A stretch of 64,000 nucleotides of DNA from a virus. The stretch is from IMG/VR virus record IMGVR_UViG_3300033559_000303, positions 35,938 to 99,937 of that record, one strand, 5' to 3'. Below, piece after piece: positions 1 through 9,396 of the stretch. The stretch's first letter is position 1; each line of letters starts with the position of its first letter. Made by a program: the position numbers and the translations under genes. The notes under the pieces are model-generated. The model saw only the letters and a program-made list of their open reading frames with translations. It was not told the DNA's origin and did no database searches.

Positions 1-203
1 GTCGCATGGTTGCGATGGAAGAGAGGGGCATGTTTGGAATGGAGTTTCTTGATGACGTTGACGGGGAAATGCCCCCGGGGGATCCTATCCCTGAGGTAGG
101 TCCATGGTGGCACCACTGCCTCTAGGTGGTTGCCACAGCAGGAAATACCTGCACCCGACTCTAACACGGGATGGTTGTTAGACGCTGGTGACGCGAAAGA
201 TCA

Positions 204-521
204 TTGGAGGATGAGATGATGGAATATATCAATCTCACCCCGCACACCATCGTGATGAACGATGGTCGTGAATTCCCGGCTTCTGGCACTGTTGCCAGAG
301 TCAGCTCCGGGTACACGGCTATCGTTGACGATGTGGCTAAGCAGTCCTTCGGAGAGGTCTCTGACCTTCCCGAGCCGAAGGACGGCGCACGCTTCATCGT
401 ATCAGCGATGGTGCTGGCTGCTACAAGCAGAGATGACGTTGTGGCTCCGGCTACCGGTCATCCTGACTGTGTACGGAACGAGAAGGGACACATTGTGTCA
501 GTCCCTTGTTTCGTGCAGTAG
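204..521 (+). CDS. hypothetical phage protein (true start probably ATG ~216-219)
   Basis: 105-aa ORF, GGAGG upstream of the internal ATGs. Confidence 0.6.
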   Translation: MEDEMMEYINLTPHTIVMNDGREFPASGTVARVSSGYTAIVDDVAKQSFGEVSDLPEPKDGARFIVSAMVLAATSRDDVVAPATGHPDCVRNEKGHIVSVPCFVQ

Positions 522-635
522 TTAGCTCTGTGCGGGGAAGCTGCAGGTGGTATCGTACCACATCGAGGCCTGCAGGCTGAAGCTATTCGATAAAATGATT
601 ACAGGCGGCTTGGCTAGTGTAAGACCTGAATGGAG

Positions 636-664
636 AAAAGGCACGTGTTTACGTGTCTTTTTTT
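636..664 (+). terminator. intrinsic terminator
   Basis: AAAAGGCACGT-GTTT-ACGTGTCTTTT hairpin plus T run. Confidence 0.75.
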
Positions 665-749
665 ACGCATTATATAATCACTCATTTTTCCGAGTGTTAA
701 AAAGTGCTCGGAAAGTTAAATTTATTTTTTTATGTATTACACACCTAAA

Positions 750-797
750 TCATCAATAGGTCATCAATAGGTCATCAATAGGTCATCAATAGGTCAT
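750..797. repeat. 4 tandem copies of 11-bp TCATCAATAGG
   Basis: exact copies at 750, 761, 772, 783. Confidence 0.95.
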
Positions 798-828
798 TAG
801 TACATAAGTTATATTTTACTTTAAGTGT

Positions 829-866
829 TTGTTATAAAACATTGATTTCTGGTATAATAATAATGT
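829..866 (+). promoter_or_regulatory. phage early-type promoter (TTGTTA-N15-TGGTATAAT)
   Basis: extended -10 TGnTATAAT at 850; same motif and spacing at 8 sites in the window. Confidence 0.8.
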
Positions 867-1205
867 ACAGAGATTAATCTGTAGCTATTGGGAATACACT
901 TGACCCACAGAAAACAGGTGACTGCGCATCAAGCTTTGGCTGGTCTTTAACATAACGAGACTGTTACGCCGAGTATGGGTGACACCATATCGCAGTACTA
1001 GGGATATCGCCATAGGGATATCTCACCCGAAAAACCGGGACGCAAAGAACAAGATACAGATAACCGGAAGTAGCTGAATTCAAAACAACAGCATTTTCAG
1101 GATGATTCTTATCTTGGAGTAGTCTATGGTGAGCCTGTAAAGGTGCTGACGTCGTAAGCGAGCGTTCAGCTTAAATTAAAGTCGTCGAGCAGGTGGAAGG
1201 CCTGC
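866..1205 (+). ncRNA. candidate ~340-nt structured RNA or leader
   Basis: no long ORF, multiple stems, lies between a promoter and the RBS of the next gene. Confidence 0.45.
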
Positions 1206-1227
1206 ATATATTTAACAGGAGGTTTTT

Positions 1228-1593
1228 ATGTTAAAGTTGAAATCTTTTGGTCCATTTCTGGACTATATCTCCGGTGGCAACCAAACAGCTGCCGGGTTGT
1301 TTGTTGATCTTATGGATGGTATATATAATATACCTAAGTCAGAGATCAAAGACAATGGTGAGTGTGAGCTTACCGTTAAGCATTGGGTAGCAGAGCTGCC
1401 CGTCTTCTTAAGTGCCCGGGGTATAACAACCCCTGCCCCCATCCAAAAAATGGATGGTGTTACCTGCTTTGTAAAGGCGGGGAAGTTTTCCAAAACCCCT
1501 TTATACGGGGAGACAGTTACATTGAAGGTGGAGAATAATACTATTAACAATGCGATCAACAATATGGCTGGTCGAGACGACCAGATAAATTAA
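1228..1593 (+). CDS. hypothetical protein
   Basis: AGGAGG RBS, 121 aa. Confidence 0.75.
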   Translation: MLKLKSFGPFLDYISGGNQTAAGLFVDLMDGIYNIPKSEIKDNGECELTVKHWVAELPVFLSARGITTPAPIQKMDGVTCFVKAGKFSKTPLYGETVTLKVENNTINNAINNMAGRDDQIN

Positions 1594-1730
1594 CCAGGAG
1601 GGCTTATGTCTGATAAAAAGGTTGAGGAGTGTAATACACTCCTGCGTGAGTGTGAAGAGTTGAATAAGATTCTTATCCAATCAAAATCCCTCCCTGTTGA
1701 TGAGGGTGTTAAACTTCTACGGAGGTATGT

Positions 1731-2036
1731 ATGAACCCAAAGGTTGTCAGTTTTTACAACAGGCGGCTGAAAAAAGCCGCATTCGGCTTGTGTTCAGAGG
1801 TTAAATACAACTATCTCTGTACACAGCATGAGGAGCGCTACAGGAAGCGCTCCAAACCCAAGTATGGATCATGGATCAGCCTCCTTGCTGATCTGGATCC
1901 AGAGCAATTACCAGATTGCTCAGGTGTAAGTATGGGTGATGAACCATTTATTACACCAGACCAGGTGGTTATGAAGTGCCGCGAGGTTGGGATGAAAGTC
2001 CCAAAAGGGTTGAACAAGGCCTACTACTGGAGGTAG
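1731..2036 (+). CDS. hypothetical protein
   Basis: GGAGG RBS, 101 aa, followed by terminator. Confidence 0.7.
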   Translation: MNPKVVSFYNRRLKKAAFGLCSEVKYNYLCTQHEERYRKRSKPKYGSWISLLADLDPEQLPDCSGVSMGDEPFITPDQVVMKCREVGMKVPKGLNKAYYWR

Positions 2037-2046
2037 GTTTGAATGT

Positions 2047-2074
2047 AAGGAAGCTTGGCAAGCTTCCTTTTTTT
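2047..2074 (+). terminator. intrinsic terminator
   Basis: AAGGAAGCTT-GGC-AAGCTTCCTT plus T run. Confidence 0.8.
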
Positions 2075-2086
2075 AGCTTTTACAAA

Positions 2087-2125
2087 TTGTTAGAATATTC
2101 AATTTTCTGGTATAATAATATTGAA
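2087..2125 (+). promoter_or_regulatory. early-type promoter
   Basis: TTGTTA-N15-TGGTATAATAATATTGAA. Confidence 0.8.
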
Positions 2126-2155
2126 CAGGTATTATAACTTTATCTAGGAGGAATC

Positions 2156-2425
2156 ATGCGTATGTTCGCAGCGGTTGTTAGAGGTGTTGTTTTTGCAAGT
2201 TTTATTATTGCCCCCACTTTTGTATGGGGAGCAATTAAGGATGGCCGACCGGCTATGGCAGCTTTGGGTTTGATAAGAACACCGTTGTTTGTCGTTTTTT
2301 GCATTATACCTTCACTCTTCGGAGTGAATTTCTGGCTAGGCTTCGGCTTAGTCTATGCAATTGGAACTGTTATTAGTATCATACTTGATCCCATTGCTAA
2401 GCGGGAGTATGAGACGATTGTGTAA
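2156..2425 (+). CDS. small membrane protein
   Basis: AGGAGG RBS, ~3 hydrophobic segments. Confidence 0.7.
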   Translation: MRMFAAVVRGVVFASFIIAPTFVWGAIKDGRPAMAALGLIRTPLFVVFCIIPSLFGVNFWLGFGLVYAIGTVISIILDPIAKREYETIV

Positions 2426-2493
2426 GACTGGTAAGTGAGTGGGGTAATACGACCCCACTCAAGATCAATGTTTTTTTTAACAGTGGAGGTAAA

Positions 2494-2685
2494 ATGGATT
2501 CATATCGTACTAACTTTGCCCCTAAATTTAAAAAGACAAGGGGTAGGTGCGCAAACTGCAGGTTGAAGAATACTGTGTATTGCACCTCGTGTAAGGAGGT
2601 GTTCTTCAATGAAGATATCGGAGTTATGGGCTCCAGACGTGAGGTTTGGAATGCTGAGGTAAATGCAAAATTTGTATTAAATTAA
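2494..2685 (+). CDS. small zinc-finger protein
   Basis: CxxC...CxxC, GGAGG RBS. Confidence 0.6.
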   Translation: MDSYRTNFAPKFKKTRGRCANCRLKNTVYCTSCKEVFFNEDIGVMGSRREVWNAEVNAKFVLN

Positions 2686-2844
2686 GGGAGTTGTATGAAA
2701 GTAATTATTACATGTCTGGTTGTTGTTGCAGGGGTTATCCTGGTTGCTATGGCAGTATTAAACTCTAGGAGGTAATATTGAAAATACCAATGCCACCGAC
2801 CATATTGCGACGTGGCTGATTCTTGGTCCAATAAAGTAATGAAT

Positions 2845-2884
2845 AAGGGGTGTCACTAAATACAATAGTGGCACCTCTTTTTTT
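2845..2884 (+). terminator. intrinsic terminator
   Basis: AGGGGTGTCACTA/TAGTGGCACCTCT stem plus T run. Confidence 0.75.
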
Positions 2885-2924
2885 AGCCATTGGTATTACC
2901 GGTGAAAGAATGTATATTTATCAT

Positions 2925-4313
2925 ATGATAAAAATAGCGCTTAAAGAAGGTGTAGTGCTCCAGGAGCACCAGAAGGATGCGGTCGACAAGATGAAGAAGT
3001 CTGACGCGCTGCTTCTTTTCCATGGACTTGGGTCAGGAAAGACGCTATCTTCAATAGCTGCTACTGAGAAAAATAAAAATGTTACTGTAATAACCCCGGC
3101 ATCATTGCGTGGTAATTACAAAAAAGAGCTTGATAAATTTGTTGATGATGATACTAAGAGTAAGTATACAATTGGGTCGTATGAGGGTGCTGTAAAAGGT
3201 GATGTCCCATTTTATGGTGACGCTTTAGTTGTTGATGAGGCCCACAGACTGGCTAATCAATCAACAAAGAGGAGTAAAAGAATCATTGGGATGGCCAAGA
3301 ATTACAATAAAAGAATAGCTTTGACCGGTACGCCATTTACCAATCATCCATCAGAGTTCTCTTCTATAATGCAGTTCTTATCTCCCGGGGATAAAACAAT
3401 ACCAGCAGATAAAGCAGAGTTCAACAGGAAATTCCTGAAGACTGAAACTGTACCGGTTAACCTGTTCCAAAGATTTAGGGGTATAAAACCTGGCACACGA
3501 ACATCTGTGCAAAATATTGATGAGTTCAAAAAAGCTATAAAAGGCAAAGTTCATTACTATGAAACAGATAGAACACACTACCCAAAGGTTAATGAAGAAG
3601 TTGTAAAAGTTCCAATGTCGAAGGAACAACATAATCTCTACAAGACTGTCACAAAAACAGCGGATCCTATTCTTGCTTACAAAGTTCGTAAGAATATACC
3701 TATGACTAATGAAGAGATGAAGCGGATGAATTCCTTCATGTCTGCGGCCAGGCAGGTTTCAAATGTCACAAATAGGTATGGATACGAAAGCCCAACACCA
3801 AAACTTGAGCGTGTTGTGGATGATTTTATGACGGCAAAAAGGTCGAACAGTAAGTTTAAGGGTGTTATATATTCGAATTATAAACGGAGTGGTGTTGATA
3901 TTCTTGCTGAGAAACTTCAGAAGGCTGGAGTAAATGTTGGCAAGTTTACCGGTGGTATGAGTGATACTGAGCGGTCAGCACTTGTAGATCAATACAACAA
4001 GGATAAGATACACGCGCTTCTGGTATCGTCTGCCGGCACTGAGGGTTTGGACCTTAAGGGTACTGGTATGGTTCAGGTTGTTGAGCCTCACTGGAATAAA
4101 GCTAAGATCGATCAGGTGATCGGTCGAGCAGTCAGATATAAATCACATGAGCACCTTCCTGAAGCTGAAAGACATGTTGCAGTTAAAAGATACCATTCTG
4201 TCCTTCCTAATAAAAAGCATAAAAGCGCTGATGAATATCTTGATCAGATGAGTTCTGATAAAGATAAGATAAATCAGATGTTCATGCAGGCCTTGAGAGA
4301 GTCAAAGGTTTAA
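2925..4313 (+). CDS. SNF2-family (SF2) helicase/ATPase
   Basis: GLGSGKT Walker A, VVDEAH, LTGTP, SAGTEGLDL, QVIGRAVR; start moved to ATG 2925 (MIKIA) because the track start at 2850 lies inside the terminator. Confidence 0.9.
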   Translation: MIKIALKEGVVLQEHQKDAVDKMKKSDALLLFHGLGSGKTLSSIAATEKNKNVTVITPASLRGNYKKELDKFVDDDTKSKYTIGSYEGAVKGDVPFYGDALVVDEAHRLANQSTKRSKRIIGMAKNYNKRIALTGTPFTNHPSEFSSIMQFLSPGDKTIPADKAEFNRKFLKTETVPVNLFQRFRGIKPGTRTSVQNIDEFKKAIKGKVHYYETDRTHYPKVNEEVVKVPMSKEQHNLYKTVTKTADPILAYKVRKNIPMTNEEMKRMNSFMSAARQVSNVTNRYGYESPTPKLERVVDDFMTAKRSNSKFKGVIYSNYKRSGVDILAEKLQKAGVNVGKFTGGMSDTERSALVDQYNKDKIHALLVSSAGTEGLDLKGTGMVQVVEPHWNKAKIDQVIGRAVRYKSHEHLPEAERHVAVKRYHSVLPNKKHKSADEYLDQMSSDKDKINQMFMQALRESKV

Positions 4314-4356
4314 TTCTCCACATCTACATGTTGTTCAGTAAAAACGCAAACATGCG

Positions 4357-4394
4357 TGTTATAATTCATTGATTTCTGGTATAATAATATTGAA
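4357..4394 (+). promoter_or_regulatory. early-type promoter
   Basis: TGTTA-N15-TGGTATAATAATATTGAA. Confidence 0.8.
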
Positions 4395-4437
4395 TAGTTA
4401 AAGTATTTGTTTAACATTTTTTGTATGGGGGTATATT

Positions 4438-4656
4438 ATGGATTACAGTATAGCCTTCATACCACATGCAATGATGCGTGCTGGTATAACTGTGAATAAG
4501 GATAGCATCCTTAATAAGGTCAAAGAAGTAACTGGAGCTCAAAAGGTTGAGCTTCTTGATCCAGTTACAGTTGTACTTACCAACCCAAAAATGGGGATTG
4601 GTGAAATTCAAAATAAGTTTTCAAGCCCAATTGGAAAGGGTGCTTGGTTTCTTTAA
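4438..4656 (+). CDS. hypothetical protein
   Basis: 72-aa ORF after promoter, GGGGG RBS. Confidence 0.6.
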   Translation: MDYSIAFIPHAMMRAGITVNKDSILNKVKEVTGAQKVELLDPVTVVLTNPKMGIGEIQNKFSSPIGKGAWFL

Positions 4657-4686
4657 TTGGCGTGTAAAATTTAAAAGGAGGGTGTT

Positions 4687-5112
4687 ATGGAGATCGTAAA
4701 AGGGGACATTTTTATTGTCCCAAATGGATTGTCAATGGCTAATAGTAAGGTTGGCGTATTCAACGCCAATGGTATGGAAGAAGCCTACGAAGGCCTTATT
4801 GTGGAAGTGTGGATGACAGGGTCTGGATCGGAGAATTGGGGAAGCCACAGCTTCCCTAAACCTATCGCTAATGTTGCCGGCGAAGGGGCTGGTATTGACG
4901 GTCGTTGGCGCTATCTGGCGCCACATTACCTACCGGTCAACGTATTCGCAGGAAAGGTTGAGGGTGATTGTATCACCCTCAACTTCTATGGAGTTCAGAC
5001 TGAGTTAGTGTTAGCTCAGTCTAAGTACAGATATCGAAATTTTGGTAAGTTTGAAGAGGTTCTAAATATGCTTCTCCGGAAGTATAACGAAAGAATGCTG
5101 GAAGCTGCTTAA
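4687..5112 (+). CDS. hypothetical protein
   Basis: AAGGAGG RBS, 141 aa. Confidence 0.75.
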   Translation: MEIVKGDIFIVPNGLSMANSKVGVFNANGMEEAYEGLIVEVWMTGSGSENWGSHSFPKPIANVAGEGAGIDGRWRYLAPHYLPVNVFAGKVEGDCITLNFYGVQTELVLAQSKYRYRNFGKFEEVLNMLLRKYNERMLEAA

Positions 5113-5223
5113 AAGGCTCTGGGTGCCCTGTGCACCCAACCTTTTTTTAACCATAATGTATTGATATTAAATAATTTAACTAATGTCAGTTAAAGTAATA
5201 GTTTAACAAAGGAGTGGTGTAAA

Positions 5224-5682
5224 ATGCCGGAATTAAATTACAAACTCAGTATTGATCCGAAGCACCTTAAAAGTCAAAGGAAGTCTATTGAAATTGTGAT
5301 TAATCACATTGAAGAATCAAAACTTCAGGATGATATAATCCAGGATATGTACGGAATCCAGAATCTCCTGGATGCGATAGCTGATATAATGGTCGATTGC
5401 CACCACTACCAGGAGGACAGTGTTTATAATCTCTCCAAGGGTGGGCACAGTAAGAAAAAGAGGGATTTATACCTGGTAAAAAGCTTCACATCCAGTTCTT
5501 CGATTAAAAGCGTTTCCGGGCACATTATAACCGAGGATGGCAGGATGCTATCAACAGCGTCTGCTGAAGACGATGATGAGCTCAGGACTATCCTTATGCG
5601 CTGTATCAACCTTAAAAAGTACAATGCGATCGATTACATCGGTAAGGAGATCCCGGAAAAGATTAAAGAGATGTTAAAATAG
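5224..5682 (+). CDS. hypothetical protein
   Basis: AAGGAG RBS, 152 aa. Confidence 0.7.
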   Translation: MPELNYKLSIDPKHLKSQRKSIEIVINHIEESKLQDDIIQDMYGIQNLLDAIADIMVDCHHYQEDSVYNLSKGGHSKKKRDLYLVKSFTSSSSIKSVSGHIITEDGRMLSTASAEDDDELRTILMRCINLKKYNAIDYIGKEIPEKIKEMLK

Positions 5683-5849
5683 ACTGTTATTTTATTTTAA
5701 CTGCATAGCATCTGCTGGAATCCACAATCAACGATACAAGCTTTCAACACCTCATAACACGTCTTAGTGTTAAAGTGCCTCAAAAGGGCTGTATGGAGGT
5801 CTGAGTTGATTATCTAAAATCTGCATTTGACTGGTAAAACAGTCTTATG

Positions 5850-6900
5850 CAGTATTTTCAAAAAAAATTACTCTTTTATTATGAAAATTGCAATAATCGC
5901 TTGACAAAAAATTTTTTTTAAATTATTTCGCGTGCTACGTGTACGCGGAAAAAAAAATGCCCCCTATATTTTTTCACTTTTTTTCTTTTTTTACACCCTG
6001 TTTTTGAGTTATCCACATCAAAAAACACTCATTTTTATCAAATGGTAACAAAATCCAAACTCACTTTTCATTTCATAATTTTTTTCGCCTCTCTTCCAAC
6101 ATCCAAAAACACAAGAAATCTGTTGAAGTAATATTATTATATATATAAGATATTGATTTATATAAAGATATATAAAATATATATATAATATATATATGAT
6201 AAAAAAGCAAAAATCGTGCCAAACTCATAACTATATGATTTTTAATAAAATAAACCACCCATGTTAAAGTAAAGCTTTATGTCGATTTTTGAAACAAAAG
6301 CTGTACTAAAAAAACAAAAGCTGTACCTCACTAGGCAAAAATTTCCTAGCATTTTGGTACAGCTTTTGTTTTTTTTCGAAAACAGGTACAGCTTTTGTTT
6401 TGCACTTTTTTCTCCTTTGTCAAGAAAAACACACATTTTGGTACAGCTTTTGTTTTTTTTAAAAAAATCGATATTGCGTTTTTGAAGCGCATTCGATAGG
6501 TACTAGTACAGCTTTTGTTTGTGGTACAGCTTTTGTTTCGCTAAAACAGGCATTTTTATGTAAAAATCAATACTCATAAAAAAGAGTTATCCACATTTTC
6601 AAAATTACTGAAAAAGTCGAAAAAACCGAAAACAAAAGCTGTACCACTTTTTAAAAAAAACAAAAGCTGTACCAAAACTGCTAAACAAACGATAAAATCG
6701 GGCATTTTTACCGATTTTATACGATGATTTTTTTGAAAAAAGGTACATCTTTTGTTTGACAAAAACAAAAGCTGTACTTATTTTAAGAAATGAAAACAAA
6801 AGCTGCACCAGTTTTTGTTTTTTGAAAACAAAAGCTGTACCAAAAAGGTAAACAAAAGCTGTACCTAATGGTGTTTTTGGTACAGCTTTTGTTTTTTTTG
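5850..6900. other. probable replication origin
   Basis: ~1.2-kb non-coding region with a very AT-rich tract (~6130-6200), TTATCCACA DnaA boxes at 6009 and 6587, and 15 iterons. Confidence 0.7.
6292..6894. repeat. 15 copies of 15-bp AAACAAAAGCTGTAC in both orientations
   Basis: forward at 6292, 6312, 6630, 6658, 6763, 6794 (variant), 6826, 6850; reverse at 6357, 6386, 6441, 6506, 6524, 6743 (variant), 6880. Confidence 0.95.
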
Positions 6901-6937
6901 GTTATTTGAGGACTTTACTTGGAATAATTAAAATGAG
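6900..6937 (+). promoter_or_regulatory. promoter, AATAAT subtype
   Basis: GGTTA-N15-TGGAATAATTAAAATG. Confidence 0.65.
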
Positions 6938-6973
6938 CATGACGGATTCTGTTTAGCAAATTGAGGTATAAAA

Positions 6974-7381
6974 ATGATAAAATGTGAATGTGGAAAAACG
7001 ATCGAAAAATCTAAAAACGGACTTGGAAAGTACTGTTCGGAGTGTAAAAGTAGAAAAAAGCTTGAGAGAGCTGCCATGAGGACATCTGTTAAAGAGTGTA
7101 AAAAGTGCCATGGAACATTTAATGGTACCAGGAATCGTACTACATGTTATGTATGCAACCCTGAGATTAAAACTGTCAGAGTTGACCTATCAGCAGTGGA
7201 TGAGGTTGATGTCAGGGTGTGCATAGAGTGTAATACTAAAAAGAAGATGTCCCATGGAAATCAGAAGGTTTGTGACGAATGTAGAAACAGTCATAAAAAG
7301 AGCAAAGAAAAGAGCGGTGAGAACATTATTAGAAGAGAAATATCAAATATTGATTTTTCTGCTTTTGATAAATTCAGTTAA
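6974..7381 (+). CDS. multi-zinc-ribbon protein
   Basis: six CxC/CxxC pairs. Confidence 0.7.
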   Translation: MIKCECGKTIEKSKNGLGKYCSECKSRKKLERAAMRTSVKECKKCHGTFNGTRNRTTCYVCNPEIKTVRVDLSAVDEVDVRVCIECNTKKKMSHGNQKVCDECRNSHKKSKEKSGENIIRREISNIDFSAFDKFS

Positions 7382-7410
7382 CTTATTATATTACATGTAA
7401 GGAGAAAAGT

Positions 7411-8046
7411 ATGGAATCAGATGAATTTGTAGATCTTAAAAAACAGCAGGAACTTCTCGATGCGGCAAACGCTGAGTACGGTGATACATCAGACTATGAT
7501 GTTGATCCGGAAGACAGTATCCTGTCGGATATTGTATCAGAAGAGTATGAAGATGATCTTACACCCGAAGAGGTTGCTGATCAGAATAATGATGCCATCG
7601 AGCTTGGGTCACTCGAGGGTGATGATGACGCATTCCCTGAGTCAATGGAGGCTCCAGAAGCCCCCGGGTTCAATCATGATGATGTTAAATACAATATGAT
7701 CACCGGCAATGAGATTGCAGATAAAAACTCATTTGAAGGCGGTGTGATACCTCCAACAAAGATTTCTACAATCAAAGTTGCAGCTGATGGAAAGCAGGAT
7801 GAAGGGATCTATCTGCTTTATGGATTCAATATTATCCAGGACGGCGCAATTACACCGGTCAACCGGTACTTCCCTACAATGGAAGCTGCTAAATCAGCTG
7901 TGTCAGGCGAATACTATTATACAATGATGATACCCGGTGACAGAGAGTCTGTTGTGAGATTTCAAATAAGGTCAGGGACGCCAGGTATCTGCGTTGGAGA
8001 CCAGGAGCTTTTCAGATACAAGAATGAAGAATGGATGAGGTCGTAA
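7411..8046 (+). CDS. hypothetical protein with very acidic N-terminal half
   Basis: AAGGAG RBS, D/E-rich. Confidence 0.75.
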   Translation: MESDEFVDLKKQQELLDAANAEYGDTSDYDVDPEDSILSDIVSEEYEDDLTPEEVADQNNDAIELGSLEGDDDAFPESMEAPEAPGFNHDDVKYNMITGNEIADKNSFEGGVIPPTKISTIKVAADGKQDEGIYLLYGFNIIQDGAITPVNRYFPTMEAAKSAVSGEYYYTMMIPGDRESVVRFQIRSGTPGICVGDQELFRYKNEEWMRS

Positions 8047-8077
8047 ATTACTTACGGCCTATTTTTTAGGGGACAAC

Positions 8078-8260
8078 ATGTCACAAGACTATGAGAATGA
8101 TGAATTCGACATCGATCTTAGTGAGGGTGTGCAGGACACAGCAACGGACGCTCAATCGTCAGATCATTACGCCAGGGCTGGCGGAAGACTTGACTATGAA
8201 GACCGTGAGTTTGATCCAACACTCGACTTTGACGATGTTGAAGGCGAACTAAATTTCTAG
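8078..8260 (+). CDS. small acidic protein
   Basis: 60 aa, D/E-rich, AGGGG RBS. Confidence 0.6.
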   Translation: MSQDYENDEFDIDLSEGVQDTATDAQSSDHYARAGGRLDYEDREFDPTLDFDDVEGELNF

Positions 8261-8268
8261 GAGGAACC

Positions 8269-8619
8269 ATGAGGGTTTCAAATGTTGATTATGTCGAGAT
8301 GAGCACATCTCGCGTCAGGTCTCGCTATATCATAGGACTTGAGTCGAAACTTGTAACCATACATCTTGGTGTTGATAATGATCAGCTTGGAGTATGCCAT
8401 GTAATAAACAAGCATATAAACTCCCTCATTAGTGATGGAACATTCAAGCGTGGATCAAAATGCCAGTTTGTGAATATCCCGGATGAACTCTACCCTATAT
8501 GCATCACTGTTGAAATAGATAATGAACTTAAACTTATTTCATTACTGGATAACACATCTGGTAATACAAATAGAGATTTGTGTCATTATTTTACAAATTA
8601 CACAGAATCTATTATTTAA
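8269..8619 (+). CDS. hypothetical protein
   Basis: AGGAGG RBS, 116 aa. Confidence 0.7.
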   Translation: MRVSNVDYVEMSTSRVRSRYIIGLESKLVTIHLGVDNDQLGVCHVINKHINSLISDGTFKRGSKCQFVNIPDELYPICITVEIDNELKLISLLDNTSGNTNRDLCHYFTNYTESII

Positions 8620-8796
8620 GGCTATAACACTATTGTGATTTGAGCTTCTCAAATCAGTACTCTGAGTAAGTGGTACAATACACACGAGCTTACCCGCCGC
8701 CTTACAATCAATTGACTGCCCTGCGGTTGTCATATGATTTCCAGTTCGGCGGTACAGCTACGTGTAATTGTGGTGTAAAAACAATTTAATATAGTC
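8620..8796 (+). ncRNA. retron-like ncRNA unit A
   Basis: GGCTATA...TATAGTC terminal IR; TGATTTGAG-CTT-CTCAAATCA hairpin; long imperfect hairpin; ends ACAATTTAATAT. Confidence 0.7.
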
Positions 8797-8807
8797 AAGT
8801 ATAATAA

Positions 8808-8993
8808 AAGTCATAATATTCAACTGCAGCAAGATTCTTGCTGTATAAAGTAGTGGAATAAACCCTTTTCCACTTTCGAGTGATGTACGGAGTCATCAAG
8901 GGCACAACTTCGCTGCGCTCCGCGTAGCCCTTGCAGACTCCTCCACCTCACTCGAAAACTTGAAAATTCTACAAATCAAGATTAATATGACTT
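8808..8993 (+). ncRNA. retron-like ncRNA unit B
   Basis: AAGTCATA...TATGACTT IR; GCAGCAAG-ATT-CTTGCTGT; long hairpin TTTCGAGTGA...TCACTCGAAA. Confidence 0.7.
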
Positions 8994-9188
8994 AAACTTT
9001 TAAATCAAGGAGATTGTTATGAGTAAAAAAACAGAAGACAAACCTGTCAAACAGGTTATAACCTGCGCAAGATGCAGCTGTGCCATAGAGTACCCGGTTA
9101 ATCGTGTTATAAAAAACGGAGGTGACGGGTTTGAGATGGTGTGGGTATGTAATGATTGTAAGGATGAATATATAGCAAAGGATAAAAA

Positions 9189-9386
9189 ATGAGCCTTTCA
9201 AGTGAAGTTGTTATTGTCATTACAAAAGGTATAATAATTGACAATGTTGAATTCAGCAAGGGTGACAGGTATAATTGCTATGGCTTTATAAACAAGCATT
9301 CATATTCAGGGGCACCATGCGCTGTTATCATTAAGGGTGGTGAATTCATCCTTGTTCCACTATCATACATTAAACCAGCACCATAA
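9189..9386 (+). CDS. hypothetical protein
   Basis: 65-aa ORF in operon context. Confidence 0.55.
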   Translation: MSLSSEVVIVITKGIIIDNVEFSKGDRYNCYGFINKHSYSGAPCAVIIKGGEFILVPLSYIKPAP

Positions 9387-9396
9387 GGAGTTATAA

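Noticed and set aside
2850-2924. N-terminal extension of the SNF2 helicase
   Set aside because: It overlaps an intrinsic terminator; ATG 2925 is the more plausible start.
6292-6894. CRISPR array, or the short ORFs called across this region
   Set aside because: Repeats are 15 bp, irregularly spaced and in both orientations; the ORFs are low-complexity translations of the repeats.
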